The notes beneath the pieces are model-generated. The model did not search any database. It had not been told where the DNA came from and worked only from the letters and a program-made list of their open reading frames with translations. A stretch of 64,000 nucleotides of DNA from an uncultured Bacteroidales bacterium (lineage in GTDB: Bacteria > Bacteroidota > Bacteroidia > Bacteroidales > FEN-979). The stretch spans positions 11,225 through 75,224 of the forward strand of contig CAIYES010000095.1 of the NCBI GenBank assembly GCA_903925275.1. The letters are read 5' to 3'. This document shows, one piece after another, positions 22,292 to 32,116 of this stretch (position 1 is its first letter; the number at the start of each line of letters is the position of its first letter). The position numbers were made by a program, and so were the translations under genes.

Positions 22292-22410
22292 TTTTAAGCC
22301 CCAGGATTAACCAAGGACGCAGATGGAGGAATTGTATTGCCCTGGACTGGAAACGCGTTTATAGAGGCTCTGGACGGCCCATGCTTATTGTGTTATAAAT
22401 CACGAACATA

Positions 22411-25400
22411 GTGAATCAGGGATCAAAGGACGAAAAAAAATTGAAAGTCACATTTCTTTTATGTACAATCTTCTTGTTTTTTGCCATACTTGGCTCGAAA
22501 ATATATTTCGAGAAACAAAATGATCTCAATTATATTTATTCAGGATTTCAGAAAAGCATAAATGAAACAGAAAATGAAGTAAAAAATTCCATAGATATTT
22601 TTAGAAATAAATTTGACACAAATACCAATGAGGGTACTTTCTGGAAAGCCCGCTTTCAGAACTTATTAATTGGTAGTGACAACAAGATTTCATTTTTTGT
22701 TTTCAAAAAGGATTCATTGATCTTCTGGAGTGATAATAAAATTATCCTGCCTGATGATTTCAAAACTTATTTACCGGCCTGCGATTTTGCCATAAAACTA
22801 AAAACTGGTTGGTATGGGTTTCATTGTAGACAAGCGGGCTCTTTTTTATTCATAGGCTGTTACCTGATACTACATCAATATCCTTTTCAGAATGAGTATT
22901 TAAAAAACAGATTTTCACCACGGTTCAATTTTCCGGAAATCAATTCTTTGACAAAAGAGCCCGGGCCATACGCTATTCGTTCAATTAATCATACTTATCT
23001 GTTTAGTCTGAACTTTAGCAAGAACATGGGAAAAACCATGGTTGATTCTGATTTCTACAATGGACATATTCAACAAGGGTGGCCATTTGTTTTTTACTTT
23101 GTGCTCTTTATGCTGACATTCCTTTGTTTGCTACGTTTCATTTATCTGCTTTATAAAGGAATAGACTGGTTTGCTAATCGGAAGCCACTTCTAATAATTT
23201 CATTTTGTATCGATGTGTTGCTGTTGCGGATCATACAGTTTTACTTTCGTTTTCCCGCTGAACTTTACAGCTCGGAACTCTTCGGTCCTTTCTGGTATTC
23301 CTCGTCTGTTTTTTTGCCTTCATTAGGGGATTTTTGCATAAATGTATTTCTTCTTTTTGCAATAGCTCTGGTGTTTTTCAAAAACGGAGACATCAAACCT
23401 GTAACAAGCAAAGTACACCCCGGAAGACAAGTTTTTGAAAAAGTGTTTACCATTTTCATTGTCCTGCTTTTCTTTCAAACCATGGCATACTTTATCAACG
23501 ATTTGATAATTAATTCTTCATTGCCACTGAATTTGCAAAATGTTTCAGGACTGCAACCAGAGAGCGGATATGGTTTGTTAATTGTTTCAGCGATTTTATT
23601 TTCATTCTGGATGATTTCAGCAAGCGTGTTTAACAATATTTTTCAAGAGGCAGAACGGAAGAAATGGCTGATTCTCCTGGCCGCTTGCATTGCAATAGGT
23701 TTGAATGGATTGTTTTTTGAGGTGATGAGATGGAAGATTAATTATCTGATAATTCTGTTTTATATCATTTATTTTTTGGCATATTGGTACATCAAAACCA
23801 GAAAAGGAATGATGTTCTCGATACAGAGCTTGTTATTCTTTCTTTGTTTTTATGCTGTTTTTGCAACATTTATCTTAAACAGTGCCAACCATCTGAAAGA
23901 AAATGAAAAATTGAATCTGTTAGCCGTAAAACTTGCAACACATCGAAATCCTGTAACAGAGGTACTGTATGAGCAACTGGACCGCAAACTCAGGGCAGAT
24001 TCTCTGCTTAGGAACAACTTTCAACTTTGTTTTACCTGTAGAAGGCTGAGTCCCGATAGTCTGATAACTTATCTGAAAGATCAGTATTTTAAGGATTTTT
24101 GGCGGAAATATAATATTCAGATTACTTTATGTGATTCAATGAAGGATTTACGTATTCAGCCACAGGGTTATCTTATTAACTGTAACAACTATTTTAATGG
24201 TATCATAAGAAATTATGGAGAAGAAACTGTCTTGCAAAACCTGATTTTTCTCGACTATGGATTTGGAAAGGAATATTACCTGGCAATTTTAACCGGGAAA
24301 GATTTTGGCATTGCAGGGGGAGGCAAACAAAAAATCTTTATTGAAATTAATATAAAAAACGCTTATCCCGATCCGGGTTACCCGGGATTACTTACTGACA
24401 ATACACGTATGGACCTTCCGAATCTGTCGGATTATTCGTATGGCGTATTTCAGAATGGGAGGTTGATTCATTCAGTAGGTGCTTACAGTTATAACATTGA
24501 ACTGGATCAATATAAAGAGTATTCTAAGGCAAAGCCTGCCTTTTCAGAAGAAGAGATAACTCATTATCAATATCCTATCAACAATTCAACGTTGTTACTG
24601 ATAAGTAAAAAGGAGGATACTTTATTAACATTTATCACACCATTTTCGTACCTTTTCATTTTGTTTGCTGTTCTTGTATTATTGTTCGCTGGAATTCTCA
24701 ATTTTCCAAAAAATCTTAATCGCACACCATATAGTCTCCGGAATCGGCTTCATATCTCACTCACCGGAATATTAATTATTGCTTTGCTTGCAATAGGTAT
24801 TGTTCAGGTAATCAATATTATCGACATCAATTCTAAGAAGAATACCGATAATTTACGTGAACGGGCATATTCAGTTTTGGTAGAGGTTCAACACAAATAT
24901 AGTGCGGTGAGGGAACTCCGGGATATTCCTAAAAACGAATTGGAGGATTTCCTGATCAAGTTATCGAACGTATTCTTTACTGACCTTAATTTTTATGATG
25001 TAAGTGGCTTATTAATAGCAACCAGTCGTCCGCAGATATTTGAAGAAGGCTTGGTTTCAGAAAGGATGGATCCGGAAGCCTATCAAAAATTGATTGTTGA
25101 TAATAAATCGATCTTTATTCATAAGGAATTAATTGGCAACATGCAATTCAGTTCAGCATACCTGCCGTTTTATAACGATCAGAACACCCTGCTCGGATAT
25201 ATCAATTTGCCATATTTTTTAAAGCAGGATGAGTTAAAAAAAGAAATTTCATCGTTCCTGGTCACTTTTGTAAATATTTATATTTTACTTATTTTATTTG
25301 GTGTTTTTATCACCATAATTATCTCCAATTATATTACTGCTCCATTGGCATTGCTGGCCGAAAAAATGTCGAAGCTAAGGCTTGGAAGTGTCAATGAAAA

Positions 25401-26184
25401 GATATACTGGAAGCAGCATGACGAAATAGGTCAATTGGTTACCGAATATAACCGTATGATTGACGAACTTGGAAACAGTGCTGCCATGCTCGCACAATCG
25501 GAGCGCGAAAGCGCCTGGAGGGAGATGGCCAGGCAGGTGGCGCATGAAATAAAAAATCCGCTTACACCGATGAAACTCAGTGCTCAGTATTTGCAAAGAG
25601 CCTGGCATGATAAGGCTCCTGACTGGGATCAGCGATTAGAAAAGTTCACGGCTATCATGGTTCAACAGATCGATACATTATCGGCAATTGCTTCTGATTT
25701 CTCAGAATTTGCCAAAATGCCCTCTGTTATCACTGAACAGGTTGATCTTGATGAGGTTATAAGATTTGTGCTTTTCTTATATAAGGATATCCCCGGGATC
25801 AGTGTCGAATTTCAATCCGATCTAGATATATCGTCAGTTTATGCCGACCGTTCGCAGCTAATCCGCGTTTTCACTAATTTGTTAAATAATGCGGTTCAGG
25901 CAATTGGAGATAGGAAAGGAGGAATAATAAAGATTTTGTTATCAAAGATTAATAATCAAATTATTGTGAAGATTTCCGACAACGGGGTTGGAATACCGGT
26001 TGCCCGGGCGGAAAAAATATTCCAGCCTGATTTTTCGACAAAAACCGGGGGTATGGGACTAGGTCTTGCCATCGTAAAAGGCATTGTTGAAGGAATGAAG
26101 GGAGAGATCTCATTTACTTCGGAAGAGCAAAAAGGGACTACATTTGTCATTAAAATTCCAGTCGATGTCGGGTATAAACAATAG
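22411..26184 (+). CDS. Large multi-domain sensor histidine kinase (about 10 TM helices, two extracytoplasmic domains, HAMP, HisKA, HATPase)
   Basis: H-box VAHEIKNPLTPM, N-box LLNNAVQA, G-boxes DNGVGIP and GGMGLGLAIV. GTG start. No response regulator is adjacent. Confidence 0.85.
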   Translation: MNQGSKDEKKLKVTFLLCTIFLFFAILGSKIYFEKQNDLNYIYSGFQKSINETENEVKNSIDIFRNKFDTNTNEGTFWKARFQNLLIGSDNKISFFVFKKDSLIFWSDNKIILPDDFKTYLPACDFAIKLKTGWYGFHCRQAGSFLFIGCYLILHQYPFQNEYLKNRFSPRFNFPEINSLTKEPGPYAIRSINHTYLFSLNFSKNMGKTMVDSDFYNGHIQQGWPFVFYFVLFMLTFLCLLRFIYLLYKGIDWFANRKPLLIISFCIDVLLLRIIQFYFRFPAELYSSELFGPFWYSSSVFLPSLGDFCINVFLLFAIALVFFKNGDIKPVTSKVHPGRQVFEKVFTIFIVLLFFQTMAYFINDLIINSSLPLNLQNVSGLQPESGYGLLIVSAILFSFWMISASVFNNIFQEAERKKWLILLAACIAIGLNGLFFEVMRWKINYLIILFYIIYFLAYWYIKTRKGMMFSIQSLLFFLCFYAVFATFILNSANHLKENEKLNLLAVKLATHRNPVTEVLYEQLDRKLRADSLLRNNFQLCFTCRRLSPDSLITYLKDQYFKDFWRKYNIQITLCDSMKDLRIQPQGYLINCNNYFNGIIRNYGEETVLQNLIFLDYGFGKEYYLAILTGKDFGIAGGGKQKIFIEINIKNAYPDPGYPGLLTDNTRMDLPNLSDYSYGVFQNGRLIHSVGAYSYNIELDQYKEYSKAKPAFSEEEITHYQYPINNSTLLLISKKEDTLLTFITPFSYLFILFAVLVLLFAGILNFPKNLNRTPYSLRNRLHISLTGILIIALLAIGIVQVINIIDINSKKNTDNLRERAYSVLVEVQHKYSAVRELRDIPKNELEDFLIKLSNVFFTDLNFYDVSGLLIATSRPQIFEEGLVSERMDPEAYQKLIVDNKSIFIHKELIGNMQFSSAYLPFYNDQNTLLGYINLPYFLKQDELKKEISSFLVTFVNIYILLILFGVFITIIISNYITAPLALLAEKMSKLRLGSVNEKIYWKQHDEIGQLVTEYNRMIDELGNSAAMLAQSERESAWREMARQVAHEIKNPLTPMKLSAQYLQRAWHDKAPDWDQRLEKFTAIMVQQIDTLSAIASDFSEFAKMPSVITEQVDLDEVIRFVLFLYKDIPGISVEFQSDLDISSVYADRSQLIRVFTNLLNNAVQAIGDRKGGIIKILLSKINNQIIVKISDNGVGIPVARAEKIFQPDFSTKTGGMGLGLAIVKGIVEGMKGEISFTSEEQKGTTFVIKIPVDVGYKQ

Positions 26185-26668
26185 AATCCTAATCAAACAG
26201 GCTGCATTCATATTTGTTTTTATCAGTATGAGTGTTTTATGTGGAACAGGTTGCAAAAACAGCGATAACAAAGAGTTGTACCATAAATTTCCAAATAGAA
26301 ACTGGGCAAGGTTCAATATCCTGCGTTTTGAAATTCCAGTAATAAATGTAGAAAAATTGTATAATGTATATTTATTTGCTTGCTTTTCGCCCGAATTTCA
26401 ATACGAAAAGCTTGAATTCAATATGGTTATGAATACTTCGGCAGGCGAAGAGCGGATAAACAAATACGAGATGAACGTCAGATCAAAATCAGGGACTTTT
26501 CTTGTGAATTGTAAAAATGATTCCTGCCAGGGAATCATCTTGTTGAAGAGAGAACTTAACCTGGCAAAATCAGGTATCCTGAGCATTGAGATTGAAAATC
26601 TTACACCCCGGTTAAAGACCGAAGGAATAATAGGGGTTGGTATCCGGATGGTTCCATCAGGAAAGTAA
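26165..26668 (+). CDS. GldH-like lipoprotein
   Basis: Lipoprotein-type signal ending LCGTGC. Size and sequence pattern (Y..F....W.....F.F, C-terminal GIIGVGIRM) resemble gliding-motility lipoprotein GldH as I recall it. Confidence 0.45.
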   Translation: MSGINNRILIKQAAFIFVFISMSVLCGTGCKNSDNKELYHKFPNRNWARFNILRFEIPVINVEKLYNVYLFACFSPEFQYEKLEFNMVMNTSAGEERINKYEMNVRSKSGTFLVNCKNDSCQGIILLKRELNLAKSGILSIEIENLTPRLKTEGIIGVGIRMVPSGK

Positions 26669-27127
26669 TTTTATTGCTTGTATTTTATCTTCATGGATTT
26701 GTTGAACCAACTCATCCAGATTTTTGAATTTTTTTTCATCCCGGATGCGATCAATGAAATAAACCACGAGGGTTTTGCCATACAAATCGGCAGAAAAATC
26801 AAATAAGTTTATCTCAACAGTCATTGTTTTCCCATCAATGGTAGGGCGGATTCCGGCATTGGCCATGCCGTTATAAACAATGTGGTTTATTTCAGCCTTT
26901 ACAGCATACACGCCATGTGCCAGTAAAAATGGTTTATGTTTCAGCAATTCAAGGTTGGCCGTCGGGAATCCCAATGTTCGTCCAAGGTGGTTGCCATGTA
27001 CAACCAGGGCATGAATCAGATAAACAGATCCCATTAATTCGTTGGCTTTACGGATGTTTCCTTTAGCGAGTGCATCAAGGACTTGCGAAGAATTAAGGTC
27101 GAGGCTCATGATGAAGCAAAGCTCCAA
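26657..27127 (-). CDS. ribF: Riboflavin kinase domain protein, apparently a 5'-truncated ribF lacking the FMN adenylyltransferase domain
   Basis: VVHGNHLGRTLGFPTANL, GVYAV, NAGIRPT and DLYGKTLVVYFIDRIRDEKKF align with the C-terminal half of RibF. The protein is only 156 aa, and only the tail of the N-terminal domain is retained. Confidence 0.8.
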   Translation of the reverse strand: MELCFIMSLDLNSSQVLDALAKGNIRKANELMGSVYLIHALVVHGNHLGRTLGFPTANLELLKHKPFLLAHGVYAVKAEINHIVYNGMANAGIRPTIDGKTMTVEINLFDFSADLYGKTLVVYFIDRIRDEKKFKNLDELVQQIHEDKIQAIKLLS

Positions 27128-27130
27128 TGG

Positions 27131-28033
27131 TTAATAAACAGGTGGTTTCTCTTTTTTACTTAAACGTTTAATCATAACCAGTTCATAAACGGCATACGCA
27201 TAATGAGCCCATACACCGGCCAACATGATGAGCAGGGTAATTATCATCCACAATGGCGCAATCGGCGTCCAGAGTTCCCTGGAGGGCACTTCTGCCTTAT
27301 AATATTGCTTATGAACACCCCAGTTTATCACATTTTGGCCCTGGACATTGCCAAATTTATCGCTTTCTTCAATTTTTGCGATAACAGTAAGATTTCCCAG
27401 CGTATCTCCAACAATTTCTTTTGGAAATTCAAGGGTTCCAGATCCACTTTCGTCCAGTGCTATTTCACCGATTTTCAACAAGCTGAAAAGTCTGGGAATA
27501 TATATTAGTAGTGTTTCTTTGGGGATAGCTACATCTTCGCCTTTTTCATTTTTCTGGGTTGCAGTTATTTTTAATACCCGGAGAGAGTCCTCAATGGTGA
27601 AAAACAGCCGGATTTTTGCTGGCTTGGCTGAAAAGGAGGCTTCGGCAGTGGGGTATTTGTTTGTGCCAGTGAATTTTGCAGTATAGGCCACCATGCCATC
27701 TTTTTCGATTGGCAATCCTGCTGCAGGGCATTTGAAAATGGCATTTCCCTCCTGATCGGTTGCAGCCTTTCCCAAGGATCTGCTCACTTTTCCGTCAGAT
27801 GCAGAAAAATCAATAAAAGCATTTTTCAGGAAAAACGAAGCATCTCCCTTATTAATACTCAGGGTTGCAATGAGTAAAACAGAATCAGAGCCACACAGGT
27901 AATTAAGTGAAAGGCGTGATTCAACCGGTTTAATAGTTGAGTCCGGCTTTTCTGCCGTGTTTGAATATGATGGCTTTACAGCCAAGGCAGAAGTAAGCAA
28001 AAAAACAATTAATAACGCGATAACTCTTTTCAT
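27131..28033 (-). CDS. Hypothetical exported protein with a C-terminal TM anchor; last gene of the cytochrome/quinone module
   Basis: Signal peptide, beta-rich body with no Cys or heme motifs, and C-terminal helix PLWMIITLLIMLAGVWAHYAYAV. Confidence 0.45.
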   Translation of the reverse strand: MKRVIALLIVFLLTSALAVKPSYSNTAEKPDSTIKPVESRLSLNYLCGSDSVLLIATLSINKGDASFFLKNAFIDFSASDGKVSRSLGKAATDQEGNAIFKCPAAGLPIEKDGMVAYTAKFTGTNKYPTAEASFSAKPAKIRLFFTIEDSLRVLKITATQKNEKGEDVAIPKETLLIYIPRLFSLLKIGEIALDESGSGTLEFPKEIVGDTLGNLTVIAKIEESDKFGNVQGQNVINWGVHKQYYKAEVPSRELWTPIAPLWMIITLLIMLAGVWAHYAYAVYELVMIKRLSKKEKPPVY

Positions 28034-28062
28034 GGGGTTATTTGAATAAAACCGGTAATTAA

Positions 28063-29376
28063 TTAAATGAGAACATCTTCCTTTTTTCCCTCACCTTCCA
28101 ATCCGGAAACAGGAACAATGGTAATAAATTTTGAAGCCAGGGTGAAAAGAAGACAAAATACAGCAACCCCTGCTGCCGTAAGGCTCCATTCGACCCATGT
28201 TGCAGTATAGTTAAGCCATTCGGGACGTGCATCCTGTATCGGCAGATATGGAGATTCAAGTGTTGGAACGACAATAATATAACGGTTTAGCCAGAGTGCA
28301 ATTATAACTACAATTGCTGTGAGCGTAATATTGGTGATAGTTCTAAGTTTAGCAATTCCAATTACCAGCAAGGGCAAAAGCACGCCAACGTAATTTGAAA
28401 TGATGAATGGCCAGTAGAATTCTTTGAAAAGCAATTGGATAAGCAATTCATCATTTTTTTCGGAACCATACCATTTTGTAAGGTAGTCGCTGAAAGTAAA
28501 GTAGCCGAAAAATGCAGCAAGAACAAGCATGATAACTCCAACAGCGACAAAATGTTTTTTCGTAATATATTCTTCGAGATGGTAAACTTTTCTGAAAACC
28601 CACATGCACAAAATAAGTACTGCACTTCCGGAATAGACTGCAGCAATGACGAAATAAGGTCCGAATATGGTGCTGTGCCAGCCAGGTTGCAGGGTAACGC
28701 TGAAAATCCAAGCCAACACAGAGTAAACGATGATAGCGATTGAAATAACCATCGCTGCCATAATATCTGTTGCCCTGTTTAAACGTTGTTGTTGTTCGGG
28801 GGTTCCCGTATAGCCAAGAGCAAGTGCTTTATAGATTTTTTTTCTCCAATTCGGAAGTTGAAGAAGTTCGTAATCTCTCAGTGTGGCCAGGTCGCGCAGT
28901 ACTGCAAGATAGAGGAAGATAAAACACCCGAATATATCGGTAGAGATCGCGATAACGTCCCAGGTGATAGGTGATTGGATTCTTCCGAAGAGCACCAGGT
29001 AAGGCAATCTATCAAGTCGTCCGATGCATAGCAGGATAAAACATGGGCCGATCAACAACGAGATGACTGTAATAAATTCGGCCATCCTGATTATCGGTTT
29101 ACGCCAAGCGGTTTTAAACAGGTGAAGGGTTCCTGAGATGAGTGCCCCCGCATAACTGACCCCCATAAAGAAAATAAAATTCACAATATAGACTCCCCAA
29201 ACCACATTGTCGCGCATTCCCGTAACTTCATGGCCATAAATAACCTGATTAAGAAAGGCAAAGACACCCAATCCTATCACCATAAGCAGAAAAAGGATCC
29301 AGGCGTATCCCTGAATACTGGTTCGCTCGAGTTGGGGGGCGAACTCTTTTAACGGGTTTTTTTGTTGTAGTTCCAT
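28063..29376 (-). CDS. NrfD/PsrC/HmcC-like polytopic quinone-interacting membrane subunit
   Basis: 437 aa with about 10 TM helices and an N-terminal pattern typical of the NrfD family. It lies immediately downstream of the TAT-exported FeS subunit. Confidence 0.8.
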   Translation of the reverse strand: MELQQKNPLKEFAPQLERTSIQGYAWILFLLMVIGLGVFAFLNQVIYGHEVTGMRDNVVWGVYIVNFIFFMGVSYAGALISGTLHLFKTAWRKPIIRMAEFITVISLLIGPCFILLCIGRLDRLPYLVLFGRIQSPITWDVIAISTDIFGCFIFLYLAVLRDLATLRDYELLQLPNWRKKIYKALALGYTGTPEQQQRLNRATDIMAAMVISIAIIVYSVLAWIFSVTLQPGWHSTIFGPYFVIAAVYSGSAVLILCMWVFRKVYHLEEYITKKHFVAVGVIMLVLAAFFGYFTFSDYLTKWYGSEKNDELLIQLLFKEFYWPFIISNYVGVLLPLLVIGIAKLRTITNITLTAIVVIIALWLNRYIIVVPTLESPYLPIQDARPEWLNYTATWVEWSLTAAGVAVFCLLFTLASKFITIVPVSGLEGEGKKEDVLI

Positions 29377-29378
29377 GG

Positions 29379-30341
29379 TTAAGGTTTATTTTTTTTACTG
29401 TATGGAGTATCCTTGTACCTTTCTTTAATTGCGGGATCCAAGTCGCCAAAGCCGCGTTCCACTTCGAATTGCCGTTCGACAGGAGGCAAGTAATAAACGC
29501 AGGGGCGGGTTCCCAGTGTTTCAAGATAACGGTATCCGGCCCGGTCGCTGATAAGTTTGCTGAACTGATATGTTTCGGTTCCATTGGTAACCGTATCCTC
29601 ATCAACATCGCCAAAGTAGATAACGCCCATGGGACAGGCAGAAACACAATATGGAACTTTTCCTACCCGGATCAGATCGGGACAGAAATCACATTTCGAG
29701 ACAGTCCCCTCTCTTCCCGGACTACCGGCCTCTGGTGAATAGGGCTCTTTATCTTCATCAAATTCAGCATAATGTTTCCATGCAAAAACACGGGTAGAAT
29801 AAGGGCAGCCAGTCATACAAAACTTACAGCCGATGCAGCGTTCGTTGTCGATGAGTACGATTCCGTCGCTGCGCTTATAGGTTGCGCCAACCGGGCAAAC
29901 GCTTACACACAGGGGGTTGTCACAATGGAAACAGGGTTTCGGGAACCAGTATGGAGAGGTTTTTTCAGAATCCTGCAAGAGGTATACCTTCATGAATTCC
30001 TGACTTTTTGGAAGATGATGGCCTTTCTGGCAAGCTTCCACGCATTTACGTGCATTCTTGCATTTTCCAAGATCGATAACCATCACGAATTTTCGACCGG
30101 GGATGCCTTTATGGGATTCCTCGGTTGAAACACGGGGAAGTTTAAGCAACCCTTTATCGACTTCCATGATTTCGCCATTGGTTGTAAGAACTTTTACCTT
30201 TTCTCCGGTTTCTGCAGCCGTTGCGTCAACATAAGCTGCAATAAGCCCACCACCCAGGGCAACCCCGGCGCCTGCAATTATTCCTTTTTTCAGGAACTGA
30301 CGACGGGAGTTTTTTTGGCAATTATTCGATGTTTCTTCCAC
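29379..30341 (-). CDS. TAT-exported 4x[4Fe-4S] ferredoxin subunit (NrfC/HybA/HmcB/DsrO-like)
   Basis: Twin-arginine signal SRRQFLKKGIIAGAG and four Cys clusters (CKNARKCVEAC, CFHCDNPLCVSVCP, CIGCKFCMTGCP, CDFC...CVSACP). Confidence 0.9.
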   Translation of the reverse strand: MEETSNNCQKNSRRQFLKKGIIAGAGVALGGGLIAAYVDATAAETGEKVKVLTTNGEIMEVDKGLLKLPRVSTEESHKGIPGRKFVMVIDLGKCKNARKCVEACQKGHHLPKSQEFMKVYLLQDSEKTSPYWFPKPCFHCDNPLCVSVCPVGATYKRSDGIVLIDNERCIGCKFCMTGCPYSTRVFAWKHYAEFDEDKEPYSPEAGSPGREGTVSKCDFCPDLIRVGKVPYCVSACPMGVIYFGDVDEDTVTNGTETYQFSKLISDRAGYRYLETLGTRPCVYYLPPVERQFEVERGFGDLDPAIKERYKDTPYSKKNKP

Positions 30342-30352
30342 GTGATTAAAGT

Positions 30353-30976
30353 TTAATGAGATTCATGATATCCATTAATCATGCTTTTAAAATTGCTTGT
30401 CGGGTTTTTTCCGATGGTGCAAAAATAGACATGAACACACATGATGATGCTGACAGTAAAACCGGCGACAATGTGAAGCAGGTCAGTAAGATCCAGCCCG
30501 CTGAAACCAAAAAAGCTTTTAACTGTAATTTCCGGATACAGAAGTCCCCAGCCTGAAAGAATTACAAACGGAATAAATCCATACATCAAAACAACGTAGG
30601 TAACCTGCTGCAATGGATTGAACTTGGTTTCTGTGCTCACCGGAAAAGGTGCATCTTCTTTTTTGAAAATACCAATGGTATAGTAAATGAATTGTTTTTG
30701 AAGACGTACTATAAAGCCTTTAACAGGAATTACATAATAGGTTCCGTTGGATGTAAAGAGATTGCCAATAAAAAATACGCCATAGCTAATTGTAAGAATA
30801 ATTCCGGCAATATTGTGAACGGAAACAGCAGCATTAAATTTTACAACTGTTCCCGGATTTGAAAACTGGATACTTAAACCGGTCAATATTAAAACAAGGC
30901 AGAGGAACGCATTCGTCATGTGCCAGATTCTGATCCAGACAGGATACAGATAAAGCCGTTCGGATAGATGATTCAT
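30353..30976 (-). CDS. Membrane b-type cytochrome (PhsC/FdnI/HyaC-like, 4 TM)
   Basis: 207 aa with the RIWHMTNA motif in TM1 and conserved His residues in TM helices (SVHNIAG, LLHIVAG, MCVHVYF). Confidence 0.7.
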   Translation of the reverse strand: MNHLSERLYLYPVWIRIWHMTNAFLCLVLILTGLSIQFSNPGTVVKFNAAVSVHNIAGIILTISYGVFFIGNLFTSNGTYYVIPVKGFIVRLQKQFIYYTIGIFKKEDAPFPVSTETKFNPLQQVTYVVLMYGFIPFVILSGWGLLYPEITVKSFFGFSGLDLTDLLHIVAGFTVSIIMCVHVYFCTIGKNPTSNFKSMINGYHESH

Positions 30977-30979
30977 AGG

Positions 30980-32005
30980 CTAATCGGATTTTTTTATGCG
31001 CAGAGCTGCGTGTATAATTATGGCCAGAATTGTCAAGCCAAAAATGATGATGCTAAAAATATTAAGTGTATTGCTTTTGTCGGGACCGATGGTAGTAGCA
31101 TCTCCCATCAACAGACCCCTGACCAGGCCCTCTTTCTGAATATTTTCACTTACCTGGTGCTTATAGAGTGAAGCATAGAGTATTGAATTTTTTGAATGGC
31201 ATGATTCACATTTACGCACAGCCATTTTTTTGGGCATGATGTGATGGGCTACAACCAATGTGTCTTCGTTTTTAGCATGGCATTCAATACAACGGACATT
31301 TGTAAAATGAGATGCCTGATTTGGAAGCCATTCATGTTTTTGAAGAATGTTCGGCTTTTTTTTGTCGGTGAGCAATTGATAATTGTTGATGTCCCCGTGA
31401 CAATTTAAGCAAATGAGATTATCGTATGTTATGGTTTCCTTCAGAATCTCGTTGGTACGGGCATTTATTTTATATGTATGTGCATTGTGGCACATCCAGC
31501 AGGTAAAATCTTTGCTATGTGTTTCGGAATGGACACTGGCCTGAAATTCCGATTCAATCTGTTCAAATTTGAACTTGGCATATTTTTCATCGCCGCCGTG
31601 GCAATCGATGCAGTTGGCCTTTGCTTCCATGCGCAGGTTTCCTGCATGCGGGAAAGTTCCATAATCTTCGGAATGGCAGTCAGTGCATTTAAATTCACGA
31701 TGGTTTGATGTATAAAAGATATCGCGGTTTAATATCAATTCTGCATACATCCTTTTAGTTACAGTGTTTTTCGATTCAGCATTTTCGTAGGAGTACTTTG
31801 ACTGGCCGTGACATTTGAGGCAGTTTTCGTTTTCCGCAGCATTCTTAAATTTTGAAAGATCAATTTTGGAAGGAGTTATCTGTTCGGTTTGAACTTTTTC
31901 ATCGGGTGTTGAATCAGAAGTTTTTACTAAGGTGAAGGCAAGTGTAAAAACCATCAGCAATACCAAAACTACCCATGCCGGTCGTATATTTGTTTTATAA
32001 AACAT
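30980..32005 (-). CDS. Heptaheme c-type cytochrome with N- and C-terminal TM helices
   Basis: Seven CxxCH motifs: CLKCH, CTDCH, CIDCH, CWMCH, CLNCH, CIECH, CESCH. Hydrophobic helices at both termini. Confidence 0.9.
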   Translation of the reverse strand: MFYKTNIRPAWVVLVLLMVFTLAFTLVKTSDSTPDEKVQTEQITPSKIDLSKFKNAAENENCLKCHGQSKYSYENAESKNTVTKRMYAELILNRDIFYTSNHREFKCTDCHSEDYGTFPHAGNLRMEAKANCIDCHGGDEKYAKFKFEQIESEFQASVHSETHSKDFTCWMCHNAHTYKINARTNEILKETITYDNLICLNCHGDINNYQLLTDKKKPNILQKHEWLPNQASHFTNVRCIECHAKNEDTLVVAHHIMPKKMAVRKCESCHSKNSILYASLYKHQVSENIQKEGLVRGLLMGDATTIGPDKSNTLNIFSIIIFGLTILAIIIHAALRIKKSD

Positions 32006-32042
32006 AGTAATAAATGAAGAAAGTTATTGACCTGAAAAGATA

Positions 32043-32089
32043 AAAAAATAAAAGGGTGTTAACAGAAAAGTCCCGTTAACACCCTTTTT
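32043..32089 (-). terminator. Bidirectional rho-independent terminator separating the monoheme cytochrome c gene from the heptaheme operon
   Basis: 10-bp stem GGGTGTTAAC/GTTAACACCC, flanked by an A-run on one side and a T-run on the other. Confidence 0.7.
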
Positions 32090-32116
32090 GTAAATCATCG
32101 CAGAAACAAAATGCAG

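Noticed and set aside
26144-26184. The overlap of the GldH-like gene with the 3' end of the histidine kinase as a sign of programmed coupling or misannotation.
   Set aside because: With the ATG at 26165 the overlap is only 20 nt, which is common in compact operons. The longer TTG-initiated version is unnecessary.
15045-26668. An AT-rich stretch as a possible foreign island or chimeric join.
   Set aside because: It contains core genes (ybeY, mnmG) in conserved-looking order. The composition seems gene-specific (K/E/N-rich coiled coil, membrane kinase), and no junction signatures or mobility genes were seen.
28063-32005. Assigning the quinone module to Alternative Complex III, Nrf or DsrMKJOP.
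   Set aside because: There is no ActB-like molybdopterin-fold subunit and no second NrfD subunit, which rules out ACIII. There is no NrfA-type pentaheme reductase with a CxxCK motif, and no DsrK-like cytoplasmic subunit. Only a generic Hmc/Nhc-like resemblance can be supported.
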